NCBI GenBank assembly: GCA_030614005.1
Contig: JAUWKS010000028.1
Coordinates: 1 to 32,000 of the forward strand
Source of the DNA: Candidatus Heimdallarchaeota archaeon
GTDB lineage: Archaea > Asgardarchaeota > Heimdallarchaeia > JABLTI01
Reading direction: 5' to 3'
Length of the DNA stretch: 32,000 bases
The translations under genes were made by a program, and so were the position numbers. Below, piece after piece: positions 26,468 through 32,000 of this stretch (position 1 is its first letter; each line of letters opens with the position of its first letter). The notes beneath the pieces were generated by a model. It ran no database searches. It had not been told where the DNA came from and worked only from the letters and a program-made list of their open reading frames with translations.

Positions 26468-28243
26468 TTAGTGATAGAGAAACATAAATCTCTCCATATA
26501 AAATAAAAACACCTGATTATAATATCCAGGGAAATATAAATCACTTGCGTGACCAGCTAACGGAAAAATTAACAAACACACTTCTGCATTATCTCGATTT
26601 AAATAGGTATTTTCCAATGATCGGGATCGGAAAATAAGGTGATCTTGATCCCCTTGGTAAATCAGGCATGGGGGACTCTGGTTATTTACCAATAATTCCG
26701 GATTTCTCCATTCGGGTTTAGATTGTTGAGCAAAACTCAAGGAGACATTATTTGCTGGATAATACGGAATAATACCTTTGATGGAATAGTTCGCACTGAA
26801 CGTCTCGGTATAATTACCACTGACTATACTGAGTGCTGTTGCACATGCTAATTGACCTCCAGAGGAACCTCCAGATATAAACACTGAATCGAGATTCGCG
26901 CCATACTCCGTATTATGCTCCTCCAAATAGAATGTAAAAACTCCAATATGACGCATCATATCATCCAATGTGAAATTCCCTAAGACATTAGATGGTGTAA
27001 TAATGGGAATTCCCATACTTTCAGGACCATTATTCAATCCATATTGGATATCAAATACGCAATATCCCTGCGCTGCAAAATAACGATTCATGGTGAGTAC
27101 ATTTCCTAACCCCTTATCCCCAATTGTCAAACCGCCCCCATGTATTCTAATCAAAGTTGAACGATTTCCTGGTAGAGAATCAGAATCAGTGGGGGGAAGA
27201 TAAGCGTCAAAATATAACTTTACATTCGCATCCACCGTAAAATTACTCGAAGATCCGTCTAAGTATAACACATCTTTTCTCACAATACAATCATAAATGT
27301 GGGGTCCGAGTAAATACCCTCCAATTGAGAAGGGTGTTTGGAGAAATGCATCGGCATAACCCGAATTATCAATAACTGCTTTCCAATCCCCAGAAAAGAC
27401 CGGATTAAAACGGGCGGAAAATGCTTCATCTGCATCTTGGGCAAATTGTGGGGTTAAACCAAGTGGAACGAAGCATAATCCTGAAAGAACAATCCCTAAG
27501 ATTACAAAGAAGCTCAGCGGAATTCGTTTTAGTTTTCCACTTATGGAGCGAGTTAATTTGAAAAGGATGAACGTGAAACTGAGGATGCCAATTCCAATAA
27601 ATAGTGCTGCTTGTCCTGCAAATACTCTAAACATAAAGAGCCTAAGCCTTCCTTGGAGGCCGTAGAGCATTGCATAGCATACCAACCCCCCCAAGCCTAT
27701 TTCAAGAATACAAATGATAATTATAACCCATTTCAACCAACTCACTCGTTTCTGGGTTTTGATGCTTCTGTTCCAAACTAAATCTTCTGGAATGGGAGAA
27801 GTCGACAAACAAATATCGTTTTTCGAGATAGCAGGGATAAGCCCTAAGACGGCGCCATAGATCACAATTCCAAAATTTGCTCCATACAATAACACACCCA
27901 GTCCAAGATTAACTGAAATTACATCATTAAAGCCAATGAAAACAGCAAAAAAAGTAAAGAGCATGGCCAAAATTACTCCTCCAAAATAACCATAACATAA
28001 GAGATTTAATCGAAATCCTCGTTTCATAGTTGTTCTTAATTGGTGGCTTAGAAAGAACGAATAGAGCATTGTGACAGAAAGATTGCTAATGATGAAAATT
28101 CCAACCATACTTTCGAAAATCGCCGATGATCGTATAATTAAATAAAGAAAATTTGATATCCCTACTATCACATTTAAAACGAAGATAATCCATCCGAAAA
28201 TCTTTATTTTGAATAAAGAATTCAACTCGGCCATATGTAACAT
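26468..28243 (-). CDS. Multi-pass membrane protein fused to an HSL-family alpha/beta hydrolase (esterase/lipase)
   Basis: About 6-7 N-terminal TM segments; IHGGG oxyanion motif, GGSSGG nucleophile, QGDQD Asp, GHASD His. Confidence 0.87.
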   Translation of the reverse strand: MLHMAELNSLFKIKIFGWIIFVLNVIVGISNFLYLIIRSSAIFESMVGIFIISNLSVTMLYSFFLSHQLRTTMKRGFRLNLLCYGYFGGVILAMLFTFFAVFIGFNDVISVNLGLGVLLYGANFGIVIYGAVLGLIPAISKNDICLSTSPIPEDLVWNRSIKTQKRVSWLKWVIIIICILEIGLGGLVCYAMLYGLQGRLRLFMFRVFAGQAALFIGIGILSFTFILFKLTRSISGKLKRIPLSFFVILGIVLSGLCFVPLGLTPQFAQDADEAFSARFNPVFSGDWKAVIDNSGYADAFLQTPFSIGGYLLGPHIYDCIVRKDVLYLDGSSSNFTVDANVKLYFDAYLPPTDSDSLPGNRSTLIRIHGGGLTIGDKGLGNVLTMNRYFAAQGYCVFDIQYGLNNGPESMGIPIITPSNVLGNFTLDDMMRHIGVFTFYLEEHNTEYGANLDSVFISGGSSGGQLACATALSIVSGNYTETFSANYSIKGIIPYYPANNVSLSFAQQSKPEWRNPELLVNNQSPPCLIYQGDQDHLIFRSRSLENTYLNRDNAEVCLLIFPLAGHASDLYFPGYYNQVFLFYMERFMFLYH

Positions 28244-28319
28244 TTGTTTTCTGGATTTTTAATTCTTTGTTATATTCTTTATCGATCCATTTAGAATTAT
28301 ACTAGAATTTTATTTCAGA

Positions 28320-28352
28320 AATAAGTGGTGGGCCCACGCGGGTTCGAACCAG
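28320..28352 (-). repeat. Degenerate direct-repeat copy of the tRNA-Ile 3' end (att-like)
   Basis: AATAAGTGGTGGGCCCAC is identical at 28320..28337 and 29632..29649; the match extends to 33 bp (28352/29664) with 3 mismatches. Confidence 0.85.
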
Positions 28353-28449
28353 CAAAACAAGATTAATTGCCTACAAGGGTTCTATCACTATTTTGAGGAA
28401 AGAGGTTAGGGGGCTTATCTTTAAATAATCTATGGTTGGAGATTAAAGT

Positions 28450-29052
28450 ATGACTTTCGATCCTCAGCAATTCTCAATAAAAAAGCAATTTGGTTCCGAT
28501 TGGTTTGTTATCCGCCCAGCAAAAACTTCTGATAGAGAGCTAGTATGGGAAGGATATCAAAATGCTCCAAAAGAATTCTTCAGACAAATTACCGAAATTA
28601 CTCGAAAAATGGTTGAATATTGGTATCCTCTAGATCGTGAAATTGATTTTGAACAAGCTTTACCGTTCAATGTTATGCTTCTGAATGAGAAAAAGCAAGA
28701 AAAGGCATTTGCTGGAAACATGACTTTAGGCTTTACAAAAAACAACCGCTTTTGTCACACAACAACTATGGGAATGGGAGTTCTACCAAAATTTCAAGGA
28801 AGAGGGATTGGATCCTTTCTTACTGAACTATCAATAAAAATAGCAAGAGCTAAACCTGGGATTGTCCGATTACAATTGCAAGTTTGTGCAACTAATCCTG
28901 CTCGAAAAATCTATACAAAATATAGTTACAAAGAAGAAGGCGTTCTAAGAAAAAATTGGTTGTATTCTGATGGAACTTTAGATGATATGATTACTATGGG
29001 TATAATCTTTCCAGAAAAGCTAGAATTGTTAAAGAAAAAGAAAGAGGAGTAG
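28450..29052 (+). CDS. GNAT-family N-acetyltransferase
   Basis: IRPAKTSD, MGMGVLPKFQGRGIGS, LQLQVCATNPARKIYTKYSYKEEG. Confidence 0.9.
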   Translation: MTFDPQQFSIKKQFGSDWFVIRPAKTSDRELVWEGYQNAPKEFFRQITEITRKMVEYWYPLDREIDFEQALPFNVMLLNEKKQEKAFAGNMTLGFTKNNRFCHTTTMGMGVLPKFQGRGIGSFLTELSIKIARAKPGIVRLQLQVCATNPARKIYTKYSYKEEGVLRKNWLYSDGTLDDMITMGIIFPEKLELLKKKKEE

Positions 29053-29186
29053 TGTAAATCATTATCTGTTTTATAATTCTTAGTAGCTAATAGAAAAACG
29101 AAATCATCTCGCAAGCGATTTGCAAAAGCATAAGCTTCTTTTTTATAAATATCTTGAAATCTTTCTATTGGAATTACTATTTTCAT
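29053..29186 (-). pseudogene. Probable 3'-truncated gene remnant
   Basis: ATG 29186 with strong SD AAGGAAGGT; about 45 plausible codons (MKIVIPIERFQDIYKKEAYAFANRLRDDFVFLL...), after which the frame runs antisense into the GNAT gene. Confidence 0.4.
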
Positions 29187-29227
29187 AAATCAATCAACCT
29201 TCCTTATCGGGAGTTTGCTGTTATAGA

Positions 29228-29533
29228 TTACATAAAAGATTTCAACATTATAGATGCCCATTCTATAACATCGGAATTAGCATTTTGTTCGTCAATTTTT
29301 TCAAGAAGCTCTTTTGAGTTTTCAATGCTTCTGATTTCAGCTATTGCTTCATCTAGAACTCCCGGATAAATTACTTTCATTTTATATACAAAATCCTCAT
29401 TTGTGGGATAGAAACCTTTAGACAAGAATTTTTCTTGTCCATATTTTACATAACAAAGATAATCATCAAAATCATATTCATATTTGCTGATATATTTCTC
29501 AATAATCCCAATTATTTCATCTTCAGTTTTCAA
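29228..29533 (-). CDS. Hypothetical acidic protein
   Basis: 101-aa ORF, TTG start preceded by AGGAGG SD; no family recognised. Confidence 0.7.
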   Translation of the reverse strand: MKTEDEIIGIIEKYISKYEYDFDDYLCYVKYGQEKFLSKGFYPTNEDFVYKMKVIYPGVLDEAIAEIRSIENSKELLEKIDEQNANSDVIEWASIMLKSFM

Positions 29534-29637
29534 AAATATCTCCTCCTAATGTTGTATGGTTTAACATATTCATAAATTAATATATCAATTTTCAAAATTA
29601 AATTATTTAGGAGTAAAAATTATCTTTAGAGAATAAG

Positions 29638-29746
29638 TGGTGGGCCCACCCGGATTTGAACCAGGGGCCTCCCGGTTTTTGAGATAAGCAGACTCGTCTG
29701 ATTTTCTTATCAGCCGAGCGCTCTAACCAAGCTGAGCTACGGGCCC
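29638..29746 (-). tRNA. tRNA-Ile(GAU) with a 31-nt intron at position 37/38 (intron 29677..29707), CCA encoded
   Basis: Minus strand reads GGGCCCG TA GCTC AGCTTGGTTA GAGC G CTCGG CT GAT A [intron] A CCGGG AGGCC CCTGG TTCAAAT CCGGG TGGGCCC A CCA. Confidence 0.95.
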
Positions 29747-30056
29747 TTTTTGTATAGTTTTTATACTTCTGATTTTGACTTTTTTCACTTAAAAAAGTTT
29801 ATCATTGGATTATATATTCTCTTAGTGGCATGTTATAAATTATGTGTTTCGCAAATTCTACTTTTATTGTAGTATTACTCTTTGATAAAAGGCGATTTTT
29901 TTTGCTTCTTACTAAATTTTATTATACTTTACCTACAAACCAAAGTTTAAAATAAACAAGTTATAACATTATAGTGAATTTAGAAAGCTAATTATAGGAA
30001 ATTGACAAAAATCATGGTAGTCTACTAAATTACCAGTAAAAAGGCAGGAACTCAAC

Positions 30057-30635
30057 ATGTCACAAAATGATGGAAAAGCAATAAACGCAATCTTAAAGTT
30101 AGTACTCCTAGGCGATGGTGCTGTAGGAAAAACAACTATGAGACGCCAATTTCTTGGTGAAGGATTTAAAGCAGGATATTCTGCCACCATTGGTGCTGAT
30201 TTTGCAATTAAGAGAATTAATCTTGAAAATTACCGTTTAACATTTCAAATCTGGGATTTAGCAGGTCAACAAAGGTTCGCTGCTGTTAGAGAATTATACT
30301 ATCGTGGTTCTCGTGGTGCCCTGTTAGTTTTTGATGTCACTAACCCCAGCTCATTTAACAATCTCCCTACTTGGCTTGAAGAGCTCTGGAAAAAAGCTGG
30401 ACGAGTTCCTATGATTCTCTGCGGAAATAAGATTGATCTTCGTTCTGAAGTTCCAAAAAGCATTTCTCCTGAATTGGGCCAAGAATATGCAAGAAGGCTT
30501 TCAGAAGCATTGGGATATGAAGTTCCTTATATTGAAACCAGTGCTAAAACTGGCGAGAAAGTTAATGAAGCATTCTTCCTCCTTGGTTTGAGTATTATTC
30601 GTTCCGTTAAACAACCAAAAACTATCCTAGAGTGA
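30057..30635 (+). CDS. Rab-like small GTPase (Asgard type)
   Basis: GDGAVGKT, TIGADF, WDLAGQQRF, YYRGS, GNKID, ETSAK; no C-terminal Cys. Confidence 0.95.
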   Translation: MSQNDGKAINAILKLVLLGDGAVGKTTMRRQFLGEGFKAGYSATIGADFAIKRINLENYRLTFQIWDLAGQQRFAAVRELYYRGSRGALLVFDVTNPSSFNNLPTWLEELWKKAGRVPMILCGNKIDLRSEVPKSISPELGQEYARRLSEALGYEVPYIETSAKTGEKVNEAFFLLGLSIIRSVKQPKTILE

Positions 30636-30660
30636 TGAATGATAGATTTTCTATCTCATC
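30634..30660 (+). terminator. Hairpin after the first Rab-like gene
   Basis: GATGA-AT-GATAG-ATTTT-CTATC-TCATC followed by CATTTTTCTCT. Confidence 0.5.
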
Positions 30661-30843
30661 CATTTTTCTCTCATTATCTTTTTCCCAACAATTAATAAAA
30701 TTTAATATAGTATGTTCATAAATCAAATAATCAATCAATTAGCTTTAATCGAATCTGCAGTATAGCAAATCCTTTAAAGGAATAATCAATCACAATAAAA
30801 TTAGCATTCCAAAGAAACTATTGATTATGGAGCCAGAAAAAAC

Positions 30844-31413
30844 TTGAGTAGTCATCAAAAATCTACAGTATACAAAGTTGTTTTACTTGGAGACGGTGCT
30901 GTCGGTAAAACAAGCATTCGACAACAATATCTTGGCAAAGGTTTCAAAGAAGGTTACTCAATGACCATTGGTGCCGATTTTTGTGTTAAACGTGTTGAGC
31001 TCTCCAATATAATCATTACTTTTCAAATATGGGATCTTGCTGGACAACAAAGGTTTGATGTAGTTCGAGAAGTGTATTATCGTGGTAGTAGTGGTGCATT
31101 ATTGATTTTTGATGTATCAAATCCCGGCTCTTTTGAGAATTTACCTGCTTGGTTAAATGAATTAACAAAAAACAATTACGATCGTATTGTTCCCATTGTT
31201 TTAATTGGAAACAAAACTGATCTTCGTGGAACCGCTCCTTGTTTGCCCAAAGAAGCAGGACAACAATATGCTGCTGCTTTATCTCAATGGACTGGTTTTG
31301 ATGTTCCTTATCTTGAAACATCTGCAAAATCTGGTTTAAATGTTGAAGAGGCATTTGGTCTTCTTTCAAAACAAATTGAGCTTTTCTTGGATAAATACCA
31401 ACTACGAGGTTAA
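30844..31413 (+). CDS. Rab-like small GTPase (second tandem paralog)
   Basis: GDGAVGKT, TIGADF, WDLAGQQRF, YYRGS, GNKTD, ETSAK; no C-terminal Cys. Confidence 0.95.
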   Translation: MSSHQKSTVYKVVLLGDGAVGKTSIRQQYLGKGFKEGYSMTIGADFCVKRVELSNIIITFQIWDLAGQQRFDVVREVYYRGSSGALLIFDVSNPGSFENLPAWLNELTKNNYDRIVPIVLIGNKTDLRGTAPCLPKEAGQQYAAALSQWTGFDVPYLETSAKSGLNVEEAFGLLSKQIELFLDKYQLRG

Positions 31414-31443
31414 CCTCGCTTTCTCTCTTTCTTTCCTTTCCTA
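31405..31443 (+). terminator. Palindrome over the stop codon plus pyrimidine tract
   Basis: Perfect 14-bp palindrome CGAGGTTAACCTCG followed by CTTTCTCTCTTTCTTTCCTTTCCT. Confidence 0.45.
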
Positions 31444-31490
31444 ACCTATCTTTTGCAAATGTATATATATAATCGAGGCGATATATTATC

Positions 31491-31506
31491 GTGCACTTCG
31501 GTGCAC
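31491..31506 (+). promoter_or_regulatory. c(UUCG)g tetraloop hairpin or paired GTGCAC palindromes just downstream of a TATA-like tract
   Basis: GTGCAC-TTCG-GTGCAC at 31491..31506; TATATATATAA at ~31462..31472; ATG at 31541. Confidence 0.4.
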
Positions 31507-31540
31507 TTAATTTTATATTAATGGAAAGGATGTAAATTCT

Positions 31541-32000
31541 ATGTCTAATAAGAAAGATAGACACAAAAAAGAGGCAGGTGCAACAAGACGACGTTTAGAT
31601 CGTCTACATAAAAACTTACCATTGCACCTATCGTACGAAGACCTGACTATCAATTAAGAAGAGTCAAGTTATCTGTCCCGAAAAGAATACCTACTAGCAT
31701 AATCTTAGCATTCGTTTTGCTGGGACTATTTTTTGTATATGCTGGAGGTTTTGCCGCTTTAGCTCAAGATGAGTTAAATGCATACGTTACAGATGTTTAT
31801 AACAATCCAGTAACAATCTATCCTGAGGGATTGGATCACCAATTTCTTTATGAAGGAATTGCTGCCGGAACGCTAATGTTTATTGGCGCTTTTGGATTCT
31901 ACCTCATAGATAAAACAACAAAGTATGCTTATTCGCCCAAGCATGCTACACTATGTTTAGTAGTAGGTATGGGACTAATTATTGCCGCACTCTTTCCAAT
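31541..32000 (+). CDS. OST3/OST6 (OSTC/DC2-like) oligosaccharyltransferase subunit; frameshifted at 31610..31614 and truncated by the window end
   Basis: Downstream frame: KLSVPKRIPTSIILAFVLLGLFFVYAGG...IYPEGLDHQFLYEGIAAGTLMFIGAFGFYLID, similar to OSTC [24 protein letters not shown]. Adding one A to the A5 run joins it to MSNKKDRHKK... from ATG 31541. Confidence 0.8.

Larger units (their letters stand above)
28320..29664. mobile_element. About 1.3-kb tRNA-Ile-anchored islet or integrated-element remnant (no integrase)
   Basis: Bounded by tRNA 3'-end direct repeats; carries a GNAT gene, a hypothetical gene and a probable truncated gene. Confidence 0.6.

Noticed and set aside
12171-28243. Sterol-scavenging module linking the ERG2-like gene and the membrane esterase
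   Set aside because: They are 14 kb apart, unlinked, and there is no sequence evidence for the esterase's substrate; pure speculation.
28320-28352. A second complete tRNA gene
   Set aside because: Only the T-loop, acceptor 3' strand and CCA are present; there is no D-arm, anticodon arm or 5' acceptor strand.
31016-31564. 182-aa minus-strand ORF
   Set aside because: Mostly antisense to the second Rab-like gene, with no recognisable motifs; shadow ORF.
1-32000. CRISPR arrays, rRNA genes, IS transposases or integrases
   Set aside because: No regularly spaced repeats, rRNA-like GC-rich tracts, or DDE/tyrosine-recombinase motifs were seen.

Overview
AT-rich archaeal chromosomal segment, almost certainly from an Asgard archaeon (Heimdallarchaeia-like; lineage is inference). 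The evidence is the co-occurrence of archaeal informational genes (rpo3/rpoD-L18e-uL13-uS9, L13e, S17e, rpo6/rpoK, Nog1, RtcA, NadM, beta-CASP RNase, an intron-containing tRNA-Ile) with eukaryotic signature proteins (ESCRT-II Vps22/EAP30, two Rab-like GTPases, a longin-like protein, an OST3/OST6/OSTC-like subunit). The standout is a well-conserved ERG2/sigma-1 receptor family gene (12171..12830), a family known for eukaryotic sterol C8-C7 isomerases and SIGMAR1. Here it lacks the N-terminal membrane anchor and has no sterol-pathway neighbours. Also present: a small tRNA-Ile-anchored islet bounded by a degenerate 33-bp copy of the tRNA 3' end, two single-base frameshifts (tandem GNAT; OST3/6-like gene missed by the ORF track), two ATP-grasp enzymes of methanofuran-associated families, a TldD with a shortened metal motif, and an L13e with a long charged tail. 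All family calls come from motif recognition by eye, with no database searches.
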